From the NCBI RefSeq assembly GCF_009914755.1, contig NC_060948.1: DNA of 64,000 nt. One strand, given 5' to 3'. Position 1 is the stretch's first letter. The number at the start of each line of letters is the position of its first letter. Below, in pieces: positions 21,001 through 41,082 of the stretch. This stretch comes from the human T2T-CHM13v2.0 reference genome, Homo sapiens. The notes below the pieces were generated by a model, which was given only the letters and a program-made list of their open reading frames with translations, searched no databases and was not told where the DNA came from. Both the position numbers and the translations under genes were made by a program.

Positions 21001-21282
21001 CACACACACACACAAAAGAAGCAGAAGAAGTTGTTTGGAGCCAGGATGGCTCATTTGCCCACAGGAACTCACAGGAAGTCTGAAAATAGTCAGGTAGAGC
21101 ACATAGAAGCTGCAACAGCTGTGAGCTCCCCCCAGAGTCCCTGAGCACATCTCTATCGCGCGTGGGGGCTGCTGATGCTGGTATCATTTCCAAAACAATA
21201 AGTCAGGATCTCCCAGACAGACGGGAGTGCTGCCGACAGCCTTCTCTGTTTTTCTTTTTTTAAAATTTTTAGTTATTCTACG

Positions 21283-22215
<933 letters not shown>

Positions 22216-22815
22216 CATACATAATAGTTGTACAAATTTATGGGGTACATGTGAGATATATATATATATACATACATATACATATATATATTTTTTTACT
22301 TTACGTTCTGGGATACAGGTGCAGAACGTGCAGGTTTATTACATAGGTATACATGTGCCATTGTGGTTGGCTGCACCCATCAACCCATCATCTAGATTTT
22401 AAGCCCCGTATGCATTAGGTATTTGTCCTAATGCTCTCTCTCCCCTTGCCCCCCACCCACCCCACATGTGATATTTTGATATCAGCATAGAATGTGTCAT
22501 GATGAAATCAGGATAATTAGGGTACCCATCACCTTAAGCATTTATAATTTCTTTGTGGAAATCACATTCCAATTCCACTCTTTCAGTTATTTTGAAATAC
22601 ACAATAAATTATTGTGAATACAGTCACCCTATGGTTTGGCCAAACACTAGACTGTATTTCTTTTATCCAACTGTATTTTTGTACCCATGAACCATCCTCT
22701 CTTAATCATCCCCTCCCACTAACCTTCCCAGTCCCCAGTCACCATCATTCTACTCTCTATCTCCGTGAGTTCAATTTTTTAAGCTCTCACATATGAGTGA
22801 CGACAAGCAATGTTC
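22216..22815 (-). mobile_element. L1MA-type 3'UTR with nested L1PA 3' end (~22290-22462)
   Basis: L1PA tail TTCTGGGATACA.GTGCAGAACGTGCAGGTTT flanked by duplicated ACATGTGA(G/T)AT. Confidence 0.8.
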
Positions 22816-22957
22816 TCTTTGACATTTTCCCCTGTCCTTCATTCCATCAAACAAACCTCATTTTACCATGATGCCACCATGATATAATAACAGCTGCACA
22901 TGCAAAGCCATTGATTGTAACATGACTTCATGACCTGTGCATAAAAAAGCATGCTAG

Positions 22958-23263
<306 letters not shown>

Positions 23264-23322
23264 CTAGTTATGGCCCATCTTTGCTTGTGAAGGATAAAAA
23301 TGATTATAAATTTTTCCCTTTC

Positions 23323-23628
23323 TGGCCAGGTGCAGTGGCTCATGCCTGTATTCCCAGCACTTTGGGAAGCCGAGGTGGGAAGATCACTTGAGCTCAGGAG
23401 TTCAAGACCAGCTTGAGTAACATGGCGAAACTCTGTCTCTCAAAAATACAAAAAATTAGCCAGGCATGGTGGCATGCATCTGTGATGCCAGCTACTTGAA
23501 AGCTGAGGTGGGAGAATCATTTGAGCCCAGGAGGCGGAGATGGCAGTGAGCCGTGACTGCATCACTGCACTCCAGCCTAAGCCACAGAGCGAGAACCTGT
23601 CTCAAAAACAAAAACAAAACAAAAAAGA
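23323..23628 (+). mobile_element. AluJ
   Basis: Dimer plus A-rich tail. Confidence 0.92.
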
Positions 23629-24093
23629 AATGCTTCTTTTCAGCCTCAAGCTTGATTGGTCTTTCCTACTCTGGGCTTTAGACAAGGGATGGTCAGTTTT
23701 CTGAAGCTGTATTTATTCAAAGTTCTGCACAGTTTTACTTTAGCAAATTTCAGACAATGAACATTGTAGGGTTTTTTTGTTGTTTTTGACCTTTTGAGAT
23801 CCTTAGTTTTGGAAGCAGCTGTGATCGTTTCAGTGACTATGTGGGCACTCATAGAATGTTTATATCTGAAGTGTCTGGTGTTGGGGGGGAGATTAAAGAG
23901 ATGGTGTCTTTGAAATCTGTTTCTAAATCTGTTATCCAGTTTAAAATTCTCTTTCATTGTAACGAGCAGAAAGACAATAAGAACAGGTGCAGAGAAGGCA
24001 GGCTGTGTTGTTCTTTCTTCAGAGTGGGAAGCTTCGTAAGATTCAGGGGCTGGCAGTCACCAAACCCCACATAAACCTGTCTGTGTGCTTTCA

Positions 24094-24430
<337 letters not shown>

Positions 24431-24483
24431 CTAATGATGACTACATTTTTGTTTCAGCTCCAATGTATCTTTCTAAGGTCAGA

Positions 24484-24844
24484 TTTCTTCCTTCCTTCCT
24501 TTCTCTTTCTCTCTTTCTCTTTCTTTTCTTTTTTTCTCTTCCTTCCTTTCTTTCTCTTTCTTTCTTTCTCTTTCTTTCTCTTTCTTTCTTCTCTTTGTTC
24601 TTTCTCTCCTTCTTCTTATTCTTTTGTCTTCTTCCCCTCCCTCCCTCCCTTCCCTCCCTCCCTCCGTCCCTCCCTCCCTTCCTTCCTTCTTTTTTCTTTT
24701 CCTTTCTTTTTTTTTCTTTCTTTCTTTCGAGATGGGGTCTTGCTATGTTAACCAGGCTGGTCTTAAACACCTGGCCTCAAGCAATCCTCCCGTCTTGGCC
24801 TCCCAAAATGCTAGGATTACAGGCATGAGCTACTGTGTCCAGCC
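24484..24844 (-). mobile_element. Alu monomer (FLAM-like) with long CT-rich tail (24484-24727)
   Basis: Polypyrimidine tract followed by reverse-complement left arm. Confidence 0.85.
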
Positions 24845-25176
24845 TGAGGTTTCTGTCTTCATTCTCCATTGCATGCTTGTCCACCATAGAGTGTATTCAA
24901 CTACATGTTCTGTAAAAGCATCATAATGGAAAAACATTTTTTCTTTGCTTTACATTCCCATATGTTCCATGTATGAAATCCAGAAAAGGCTAAGTTCTCA
25001 GACATGATCTGCTCCTGTCGGAATTCTAAGGACTGAGGGAGAGTACATTATTCTCACATTCTAAGTCTTAAAGTCATTCTCAGTGCTTTCACTTTCAACA
25101 TTTTTGTCTGAACGATGACCGCATGTTCATTTTTCAGGGTGCATTTTGGTCTCCAGTTTAAATATCCTATCTGTGA

Positions 25177-26262
<1,086 letters not shown>

Positions 26263-26376
26263 GAAAGAAAATTTTTTCCTGATGAGAAAATGTCTGACAG
26301 TTTTCCTCAAAATTTGTATCGTTGTACAGATGTCCAAGTTGGTAGCTCAGGAAGTCTGTAATTACCAACAACATTC

Positions 26377-27503
26377 TTCATCATCGTCACTGTCATCACC
26401 ATCATCATCATCATCCTCACTGTCACCATCATCACTGTCACCATCATCATCACCCTCATCATCATCATCCTCACCATCATCATCACCATCATCACCATCA
26501 CCATTATCATCCTCACCATCCTCACCATCATCATCATCCTCACCATCATCATCACCATCATCACCATCACCATTATCATCCTCACCATCATCACCATGAT
26601 CATCATCCTCACCATCATCATCACCATCATCACCATCATCCTCACTGTCACCATCATCATCCTCACCATCATCATCACCATCCTCACCATCATCCTCACT
26701 GTCACCATCATCATCCTCACCATCATCATCCTCACCATCATCCTCACCATCATCATCACCATCATCATCCTCACCATCATCATCACCATCATCATCCTCA
26801 CCATCATCCTCACCATCATCATCCTCACCATCATCATCCTCACCATCATCATCCTCACCATCATCCTCACCATCATCATCCTCACCATCATCCTCACCAT
26901 CATCATCCTCACCATCATCATCCTCACCATCATCATCACCATCATCCTCACCATCATCATCACCATCATCCTCACCATCATCATCCTCACCATCATCATC
27001 CTCACCATCACCATCCTCACCATCACCATCATCATCCTCACCATCATCATCCTCACCATCATCATCCTCACCATCATCACCATCACCATCCTCACCATCA
27101 TCATCCTCACCATCATCATCACCATCATCATCACCGTCATCATCACCGCCATCATCCTCATACACATCATCATCATCCTCACCATCATCCTCACCATCAT
27201 CATCCTCACCATCATCATCCTCACCATCATCATCACCGTCATCATCCTCACCATCATCACCGCCATCATCCTCATACACATCATCATCATCCTCACCATC
27301 ATCATCACCATCCTCACCATCATCACTCTCGCCATAATCATCACCATCATCATCCTCGCCATCATCATCGCTGTCGCCATCATCACCATCATCATCCTCA
27401 CCATCACCATCACCACTGTCACCATCATCATCACCATCATCCTCATCGTCACCATCATCATCACCATCTTCATTATCACCATCACCATCATCATTATTAT
27501 CAC
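26377..27503. repeat. ~1.13-kb imperfect triplet array (CAT/CAC/CCT); 12-15-bp unit CCTCACCATCAT(CAT)
   Basis: Directly visible; the triplet frame is preserved across the array. Confidence 0.97.
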
Positions 27504-28407
27504 CAAGCTTAAATGCTTGCTTTGCCCTCTTTTCCAGAGACTCTTGACCTCTGGTTTTACTGTGTGTACCAGAAAAGTCTTCGTAATTATGTGGCCTCTG
27601 ATTGTTTTTTCTAAGAGAGTAAGAGGAATCACGGTGGACGTATTCTGCCTGAATGTGTCGAAACCGTGCTAAGAGCTCTGAACATGAATATTAACATTGG
27701 GTATTTACTTTTCCTGTTCCTACGTGTCTGTTTTTTAAAAAAAACAATTTTATCATGGACATTGAGGATGATACGTTGTGGTGCAGTCAGGTATTTTCCT
27801 TTATAGAAAGAGTCTATTCCTCTATAGAAGAGTCTATCAGACAGTTAGCTTCGCTGGATATACACTTTAATCTTTGTGTTTGCTGAAGTGGGCAGGAGTT
27901 TAAATATCTGCTCAGTTCTTTCAACATCACACTGATGGATTCCTCTTGGTTCTCTGAGGTCTCCCCACACATGCATAATCCAGATGACCAAATATTTGGG
28001 CAGCGTTCAAATCCAGACTTGGAGTTCCCTTAAACCGTTGCATATTCCCCTTTTAAACATTTCCTCCTCGTGTTGCAGGGTCTCTGGCAGCTGCCAGCTC
28101 TCTCGTGACTCTTCAGGCTAGTAAACCTGCAGAAGTTCTCACTTCCCCAGAATTAAGCGACTTTGGGAAGCCCCCTGCAGAAAGGATGTGCAAATGCTAA
28201 TCTTCACAGGGCAGTTCCCCATTTGTCAGAGAGTTCCTCTGCCCACATTTCTGCCTGTTTGGGGCCAAGGGTCTTCACATCGTTTTTTAAAAGGCTTCAT
28301 CCAGAGTTTATCCTTGTGATCTCCGGGACGTTCTGTCCAATACACACTATTCTTCAACGACTGGAAGTGAGAGTCGAGAATTAAGAGCAACTTTAAGGAT
28401 TCAGATT

Positions 28408-28720
28408 TGCCAGGCACAGTGGCTTATGCCTGTAATCTCAGTATTTTGGGAGGCTGAGGTGGGCAGATGACCTGAGGTCAGGAGTTCGAGGCCAGCCTGG
28501 CCAACATAGTGAAACTCTGTCTCTACTAAAAATACAAAAATTAGCCGGGCATGCTGGTGCATGCCTGTAATCTCAGCTACTTCAGAGGCTGAGGCAGAAG
28601 AATCACTTGAACCCGAGAGGTGGAGGTTGCAGGAAGCCAAGATCGTGCCACTGCACTCTAGCCTGGGTGACAGGGTGAGATTCTATTTCAAAAAAAAAAA
28701 AAAAAAGAAGAGAAAAAAAA
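28408..28720 (+). mobile_element. Alu
   Basis: Dimer plus A tail; TSD AAGGATTCA. Confidence 0.95.
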
Positions 28721-28875
28721 GGATTCAAGTTTCAAGTGGTCAAGCAAGAGAAGGCTTTGGCCTCAGAATTCGAGTCTCAGCACTTTCATCTGTCATGAAA
28801 ACATTACGTCATGTCTTATGACTTAGCTCCTGGTATGGCGAGGCCTTTGAAGTGAGATGATTTGAGAGAAATCTC

Positions 28876-29032
28876 ACATTCTAAATGTGAGGTTTTTAAA
28901 ATTACATAAGTAATATTATATAAAATATCGGTCATAATGATTGTATGCAGTAAGTGCTCAATAAATACTAAATGTGATTTTTGTGATGTGCGATACATTT
29001 CAATGCTTCACTTTAAAAATTGGTCGAATTAC
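28876..29032 (+). repeat. Copy 1 of a ~155-bp local direct duplication
   Basis: Matches 32055-32210. Confidence 0.9.
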
Positions 29033-29066
29033 ACTTGTGATTATTTTACTATTAAAAACAAAATGT

Positions 29067-29400
<334 letters not shown>

Positions 29401-29720
29401 TTATTATTATTACACAGAAGTTTGCTCATTGTTAAGCCTTCTCATACTCAATATTGGATATTTTCTCCACCGTAATAACACCAGAAACCTATTATCCACT
29501 GTTTCAATAAGGAAATTAAATCACTTAGAAGTGTTTCGTTTTCAAAAATCTACTGACGCGTTTCTTAAGTGTGTGTAGGACATAATGATTTTCTCCTAAA
29601 ATGTACAGCATGGGAAAGAGGCCGGGGGAAGGATAATTTTTTAGTGAAGAAAGCTGACAAACACCATCTCGACCAGATAACTGAGGTCAACATGCACTGT
29701 GAGAAGTCTTGTGGTTGTGA

Positions 29721-30105
<385 letters not shown>

Positions 30106-30143
30106 CCCAAACCCCATCTAATCATGAAGAAAACATCAGAAAA

Positions 30144-30366
<223 letters not shown>

Positions 30367-30532
30367 CATGAGAAAAATCCCAATAAAAGGACTTCCGTCA
30401 AAAGGCTTGCCCAGTGCTTTTCAAAGCTGTCCAGGTCATTCATCTGAATCAAGAAACGTCTGGAAAACTGTCCCAGCCAAGAGGGAACCCAGGTAGAAGT
30501 AATAACTAAACACCCTGTGGAACTGTGGGGCC

Positions 30533-30957
30533 TGTGAAAGGAAACTAACCCGGGCCCCGACAAGCTGGGAAGTGCCCAGGGCAAATCGGCCTCTCATTTT
30601 ATTCAAGGTCACCCCTCTGCTTACTGAGATAGACGCATATTCTAATTGCCTCCTTTGGAGAGGCTAATCAGAAACTCAAAAGAAGCAACCATATGTTTCC
30701 CACCTACCTGTGACCTGGAAGCTCCCTCTCTGCTTCCAGTTGTCCCCGCCTTTCTGGAAGGAACCAATGGACTTCTTACATATATTGATTGATGGCTCAT
30801 GTGTGCCTAAAATGTATAAAACCAAGCTGTGCCCCGACCACCTAGGGCACATGTCATCAGGACCCCATGAGGCTGTGTCACAGGTGCGCGTCCTTAACTT
30901 TGGCAAATAAACTTCCTAAAATGATTGACAATTGTCTTCTAATTTTCTTGACTGACA
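30533..30957 (+). mobile_element. MER4-family ERV1 solo LTR
   Basis: TGTGAAAGGAAA...TGACA; TATAAAA at ~30815, AATAAA at ~30906; TSD GGCC/GACC. Confidence 0.87.
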
Positions 30958-31269
30958 GACCCTGGATGGGATCCTAAACATTAGAAAAAAACTAAAGAAA
31001 TCTGAATAGGGTATGGGCTGGTTAATAGTAATGTATCAAGAGTGGTTGGTTAATTGCCACAAATGCACCGTACTAATTGAAGATGTTTATGACGGGGGTA
31101 TAAAAGAGCTCCTTGTGGTATGTTTGAAACTTTTCTGCAAATCTGAAATCATTCTGAAACAAAAAATGTAACTTAAATCGACATTAAATGTCAAATTGCA
31201 CTCTGTTAAAGAATCAAGATTAAGATTCAAGTTCCTCTCAATAAACTACAGATTAAAAACCCCTCAAAG

Positions 31270-31587
31270 GGCCGGGCACAGTGGTTCATGCCCTGTAATC
31301 CCAGCACTTTGGGAGGCTGAGGCAGGTGGATCACCTGAGGTCAGGAGTTTGAGACCAGCCTGGCCAACAAGGTGAAACCCCATCTCTACTAAAAATACAA
31401 AAATTAGCCATGTGTGGTGGTGTGTACCTGTAGTCCCAGCTACTCGGGAGGCTGAGGCAGGAGAATCGCTTGAATCCGGAGGTGGAGATTGTAGTCAGCT
31501 GAGATCGTGCCGTTGTACTCCAGCCTAGAGACAAAGCAAGACTCTGTGTCAAAACAAAAACAAAAACAAAAAACAAACAAACAAAAA
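31270..31587 (+). mobile_element. Alu
   Basis: TSD AAAAACCC(C)TC.AA. Confidence 0.95.
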
Positions 31588-32054
31588 CCCTCCAACGATC
31601 TCCTCAATCTCTTCTAACTCTATGCATGAGAATCTGTAAATATTATAGCAGCAGGCAGCATTACAGAGCCCCAAAAGACCTATGTTCGTTCAACATGCCC
31701 TGATTCACTATTTCGCCCAAGGAGACTCTGATAGCAGAGGCGACATGTCAGTTCATCTTTTATTCAATGCAGAAGTGTCCCAGATTGATTCTGTCTTCAG
31801 AAACTGTGCTGACTGCAATACTCTAAAAACTGAGCCTATACCTGGGTAAGCTGGTTTTCTGTGAAACAAGTTTATAGGAGAAGCATCACAGATCACCCAG
31901 TGTTTAAAATATCACTGCATTCAAATATCATTATTTAAAAGAAATGAATACAATCATCATAATAAAAATGCAATCTTTCCAGCATGAGTTTCTGGGGAAT
32001 CTGCATATTTTTGATCCTCTTGGGTCCTGTGTCATCCTCCCTGACACGGAGATA

Positions 32055-32210
32055 ACATTGTAAACGTGAGGTTTTTGAAATTACGTAAGTGATATTCTGT
32101 GAAATATCAACCATAATGATTGTATGCAGTAAGTGTTCAATAAATACTAAATGTGATTTTTGTGATGTGCGATACATGTCAACGCTTCACTTTAAAATTG
32201 GTGGAATTAC
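32055..32210 (+). repeat. Copy 2 of the ~155-bp local direct duplication
   Basis: Matches 28876-29032. Confidence 0.9.
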
Positions 32211-32314
32211 TCTAATAATTATTTTCCCATGAAAAATGTGGTATTTAGCACTTTTATTGGCATCTTACACACAGTGTGTCTGTTATTCCCCCAGACATTG
32301 TAGGTTAGTCTTCG

Positions 32315-32731
<417 letters not shown>

Positions 32732-32999
32732 TGATAGAGTTATTTTTTTCTTATATTTCATCACATATCCATGCCTGGGTTACCTTCCATAGTGTTATTT
32801 TACCACAACGACAACAAAATTCCTTTAAAAATTTTTTTCTAGAAATCCATAAATACATATGTCAACAAAGTTAAGCTGTTGAGTTAAGCCTAGTTAGGTG
32901 AAGGTTTGCCTTAGAGGTAGTGTGTTTAGACTTGACTTGGGAAAAATAGACACATATTGGAGGAATCCTCTGGAATTTAAGGGCACGGAAGAATGTTGG

Positions 33000-33350
33000 T
33001 GATATGGTTTGACTGTCCCCACCCAAATCTCATCTGAATTGTAGCTCCCGTATTTCCCACGTGGTGTGGGAGGGACCAGGTGGGAGATAACTGAATCATG
33101 AGGGCGGTTTCCCCGATACTGCTCTTGTGGTAGTGAATGAGTCTCAAGAGAACTGATGGTTTTATAAGGGGAAACCCCCTTCACTTGGCTCTCATTTTCT
33201 CTTGCCTCCACCATGTAAGATGTGCCTTTCGCCTTCCACCATGACTGTGAGGCCTCCCCGTCACGTGGAACTGCGAGTCCATTAAACCTCTTTTCATGAT
33301 CAATTATCGGGTCTCCTCAGGTATGTCTTTATCAGCAGAGTGTGAACACA
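33000..33350 (+). mobile_element. THE1 solo LTR
   Basis: TGATATGGTTTG...AACACA; perfect TSD GTTGG (32995-32999 / 33351-33355). Confidence 0.93.
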
Positions 33351-34503
33351 GTTGGTTTCCTGGTAATTTGCAGTGATAGCCAAAGGGTCTGTGCAGTGCA
33401 TAGACACATATTTCTAGGGCAAGAGGGCAGGGGCTGTGCACACACAGATGGGTGTAGCAGGAAGAAGGTGGTGCAGGCAAGCTGAACAGTGAAAGAGGTT
33501 TTAGTGCAGGGACTCTTTACTGAAGTCTAGCCAGAATGTTAGGGAAAGCATTCAGAGATGGTGCAGAACCTGCAGGCTGGGAAACAGGAGTGCTCACCCC
33601 CAACTCGAGAATGATGGCAAAGGAAAGAGAGAGAGGCTAGAACCCAGCGAGGGAGAACTCAATGAACAACGCCACCTGACAGGTGCTAGGACACTGGATT
33701 AGAGGAGAAAGCCAATGTCAGATGGAACCCAGGGCTAAATCCCTCCAACTTTACTCTCCTCCTGTCTCCAACCTCAGTGGCAATTCCCCAGGGTCAGAAC
33801 CAAAAATGGCAGCCAGAAGGCAAGAGAACCCTATGGATGTAGTATCTGTGAGTCATCCTCAGCCTCCTTGCCTCCCCATTCCCCCTGCCACTCTCCCCTG
33901 GGTTGAGAAGGTTGGAGAAGTGTACAAAGTGGGTCAGAGAAACAAAAGGAAGAAAGTTGGCACAAGCATTCAAGAAAAGTGATAGCAGGTATAGGAGAAA
34001 GGGATGTGCCATGCTTTTGTACCATTGAAACATTTTAATAGGGGAACAAAAAACTCTAATTAGTATGTGACAAAGGAAAAACAGAAGGGACTGAGGAAGG
34101 CGGGGAGGGAGAGCGTTTATTCATTTAGCAGAGATGTCTGACTGCCAGGCGGACGCAGGACCTGAAAAACACCCAGGGACTGTAGTGAATCAAACTCAGC
34201 CCTGTTTGTTTCGAATGCACTCAACGTTAGCCCCGACTCCGGCGAGATTTCATCGTTTTGGGAAAGATTCGTTGGCATCCTCTCTAAAAGCATTTGCCCA
34301 AATATGTTTTTAGAAAGCAAGCACGTTTTTTTCCCCTTGGATCACTACATGAAAAAATACTTGGAAATAGTGCTAATATGTGAATGTAATTAATGTCACT
34401 GCATGGTACACTTAAACATGATTAACACGGGGCCCCGGATGTTTTATATATATATTATCATAATTAATACATATTACATTTTAGCATCCTTTACCTCCCT
34501 CCA

Positions 34504-35195
34504 CGTATTAGTCCATTTTCATGCTGCTGATAAAGACATACCTGAGACAGGGTAATTTATTTTTTATTTTATTTATTTACTTATTTTTTTGAGACAGAAT
34601 CTCCTTCTGTTGCCCAGGCTAAAGTGCGGTGGTGCGATCTTGGCTCACTGCAACCTCCATCTCCTTTGATCAAGCGATTCTCCTACCTCAGCCTCCCTAT
34701 TAGCTGGGATTACAGGCGTGCAGCACCACGCCTGGCTAATTTTTTTATTTTTTAGTAGAGATGGGGTTTCACCATGTTGGCCAGGCTGGTCTCAAACCCC
34801 CAACCTCAGGTGATCTGCCTGCCTCGGCCTCCCAAAGTGCTGTGATTACAGGCGTGAGCCACCATGCCTGGCCAAGACTGGGTAATTTATAAAGAAAAAG
34901 AGGTTTAATGGACTCAGAGATTCACGTTGCTGGGGAGGTCTCACCGTCATGGCGGAAGGCGAAAGGGATGTCTTACATGGCAGCAGGCAAGAAAGAAAAT
35001 GAAAGTCAAGTGAAAGGGGAAACCTCTTATAAAACCATCAGATTTCATGAGACTTATTTACTACATGAGAACAGTGTGGGGGAAACCGCCCCATGATTCA
35101 ATTATCTCCCACTGGGTACCTCCCACAATAAATGGGTATTATGGGAGCTATAATTCAAGATGAGATTTAGCTGGGGACACAGCCAAACCATATCA
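34504..35195 (-). mobile_element. THE1 solo LTR with nested Alu (34556-34873, -)
   Basis: GTATTAGTCCATTTTCATGCTGCTGATAAAGAC...CAGCCAAACCATATCA; Alu TSD AGAC(A/T)GGGTAATTTAT. Confidence 0.92.
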
Positions 35196-35877
35196 CCCCC
35201 AAAACACAAGACACACAAATGCATAGACACAAACAGACACACACACACTCAAGGATTTAATGATTCTATTTTTTGAATGTGTGTTTACTTAAACTATACT
35301 ATTAATCTTCATACAAACTAAATTTGTTCTCACCTTTTCTGGAAGAATCACATGATCAAAGATTTGAGTTCTCCATGAGAGAATGGGGGGAAGAATTCAC
35401 ACCACAATTCCCAGCCTAATATCAGAATATCAGACATCCAACTAGAAGCTAAGGTGCTTTTCCTGAGGCAGTTTAGTCATGAATGGATGTTTGTTTGTTG
35501 TCGTGTTTATATATAGCTTCTACCCTACTTTATTCTAAAATGGCCATGGCATTGATAGCTGAAAATAATGTCTGAACCTCTTTAAAAAAAATGTCTTTCC
35601 AAGTTTTAAATGCATTTACAGCCCAAGGATTGCAAGATTCTTGTGAATTGGTTTGGCAAAGATTCCCCCAGGCATTGCACCGTCATGGCTGGGTCACCTT
35701 CCAGAGTGCTGTTTTCAAATCATTGGTTTTCTTCTACAATTTTTCTTCTAAAAATCTATAAACATATGTTACCATATGTCAACAAAGTTAAGCCATTTAG
35801 TTAGGCCAATTAGGTAAAGCTTTGTATTGGCAGCAGTATCACTACAGGTGATTGGGGAATAGGTGAGAATTGGATAG

Positions 35878-36300
<423 letters not shown>

Positions 36301-36353
36301 TAATGGTGCTTTCCAAATGTTTCCTCTGCATGGCTGTATATCTATTGAGGCTA

Positions 36354-37316
<963 letters not shown>

Positions 37317-37317
37317 G

Positions 37318-37670
37318 AATAAAATCATATCTTTTGCAGCAACATGAATAGAGCTGGAGTCCATAATCCTGTCAATTAATGCTGAAACAGAAAACCAAAT
37401 ACCACATATTCTTATTTATAAGGGTGGGGCTAAGCATTGCGTACACGTGGACTTATGTCATGGGAAGAGCAGTCACTGGGGAATACAAGTGGGGGTAGAG
37501 AATAGGAGGATAAGGGTTGAAAAAGCTCCTTTTGGGCACTATGCTCACTACCTGGGTGACGGTTTCATCTGTACGCCAAATCTCAGCATCACACAATATA
37601 CCTTTATAACAAACCTGCACAGGTACCCACTGATTCTAAAATAAAAGTTGAAAAACAATTAAAAAAATAA
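37318..37670 (+). mobile_element. L1 (L1PB/MA-type) 3' end
   Basis: TTTTGCAGCAACATG.ATAGAGCTGGAG; AACAGAAAACCAAATACC; AAACCTGCACA.GTACCC; AAAATAAAAG. Confidence 0.85.
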
Positions 37671-37808
37671 AGTGGTGCTTGCCACTCTTGGAACAGGCCT
37701 TGGTCCAGTCTGAACCAGCCTTTGCAAATGAATTGGTAGAGACGCAAAGTTTCTACTCTAAATAGGTCAATAATGCCTTCTGGAATTGTAAGAAATAAGG
37801 AAATTCTC

Positions 37809-38168
<360 letters not shown>

Positions 38169-38434
38169 CTAAAAAGATCAGCATGAAAGGATATGAAACT
38201 TCCAAAGAGTCTCCAATATTTTCTCATCTCCTGGCCTCTCCTTTGTAATTTAAAATAAAATTACTGGACCTCACACCAAAAACTTAGTGCTTCTCTCAAG
38301 CCAAGTACCTACATTACATTTGACAGGCCACCACCCCCAGATGGCCTTGGTTTTCTTGTCTGCAAAATGGAACAGGATGGACACATGCCCTTTGAGACGT
38401 CCCCAAGATCCAAATTCGATTTGTGCTTTTACTA

Positions 38435-39623
<1,189 letters not shown>

Positions 39624-39649
39624 TGGTAATTAAATATTTGATGCATGAA

Positions 39650-40240
39650 TTGGTTACGGGTCGAAGTATATTTCCTGTCCCCCAAAGATACGCTAAAATG
39701 ATAACCCTTGGGACCTATGAGTGTGACTTTCTTTGAAACCAGAGTTCTTCTACATATTATTAATTACATGAAAACGAGATCATACTGGATTAAGGTGGGC
39801 CCTGATCCAATCACCTGTCTGTGCTGCTATCACGAAAATATCATAGACTTGGTGGCTTGTAAACAACAGACATTGATTGACTGGGTGTCTTATAAACAAC
39901 AGACGTTTATTGACTGGGTGGCTTATAAACAACAGATAGTTGTTGACCGGGTGGCTTATAAACAATAGACATTTATTGCTCACCTTCTGGACGCTGGAAG
40001 TGCCAGATCAAGGTATGACAGATTGAGTGACTCGAGGGGACTGTCTCTGTTTCCAAGATGGCGCCCTGTTGCTGTGTGCTCACGTAGCCTTAGAGCCCAG
40101 CCTGTTCCCTCCAGCTCTTTTACAGAGCGCTAATCCCATCCATTAAGGCAGATCCCTCATGAGTTCATCACTTCCTAAAGGTCCCACCTCTTAATAAGGT
40201 TGCATCGGGGATTAAATCTCAACAGGACTTTTGGAGGGAG
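39650..40240. mobile_element. MLT1-family LTR fragments (39650-39812 +; 39815-40240 -) containing a 4 x 33-bp tandem repeat
   Basis: TCATACTGGATTAAGGTGGGCCCT; GGTGGCTTATAAACAACAGACATTTATTGCTCAC; AAAGGTCCCACCTCTTAATA. Confidence 0.75.
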
Positions 40241-41082
40241 GCTGTTGTCATTTCACCTTTCAGCACAGACCAAACATCGCCCCTTAAAAAACCAGGAAGC
40301 TTCCCCAGAGAGAATATAAATTATGTCACTAGATTTTATCTGTGTGTCCTGCGTCTCTCTGTTTCACGTTCTGTGGGACTTCTTATCCTTCAGTGAATTA
40401 TTTGAACTGGATCTCTAGGGCATGTTTCTGAAGGGCTTGACTTGTTTTAAAAATTGAACAAATACATTATTCATCTTAGCTTATTTCCTGTTCTGAGTTT
40501 TTTTTTCTTTAATGGGAGACAGAAGAAAGCCAATTTATATAACAGATCTGATTGCCAAATCAGTAGTCTTTACATGTTCTTGCCTTTCAGCTAAAACTGC
40601 AAGTTAAAACTAGAGTTTTTTTGTCTTTTGTTTTTGTGCATTTAAATCCTTCTATTTTAAAATAATATGCTTAAAAAAATAAAGAAAAATAGCCACCCAT
40701 GCAACTCTCTCTCATTTGATATTTTCATTCACAGCCGGTGTTGGTCCCACCCGTCAGATATCTAGACTGTCATTTGGTGATGAGATTTTCCCACCTGGGT
40801 GCTAAAGAGACCACCAGGTTTTTCACCGTGTTACTCAACGCTGGCACTTAGCTCCAGTTCTCAACAATAGACAGTTTTCACAAGGCCTGTTGCTCACAGG
40901 GTCTCTGCAGAAATATTTTGACATCCTAAAATCTGCTTCCTGTTGGTGTACCTCCTTCTGTGGAAGAAAAAGAGGATAAAAAGCACATCTTTCTTAAAAC
41001 CCAGTCTTCATTGAGTAACAGAACATCTTTATGGAGCATTATTCATCTCCTGAAGACCAGATGATGTTGCTCATTCATCAAC

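Noticed and set aside
26307-27672. 305-441 aa ORFs (poly-DDGE, poly-MMVR, poly-IILT) resembling acidic biomineral proteins such as DSPP
   Set aside because: They are automatic products of a stop-poor triplet repeat; no promoter, splice or unique-domain support
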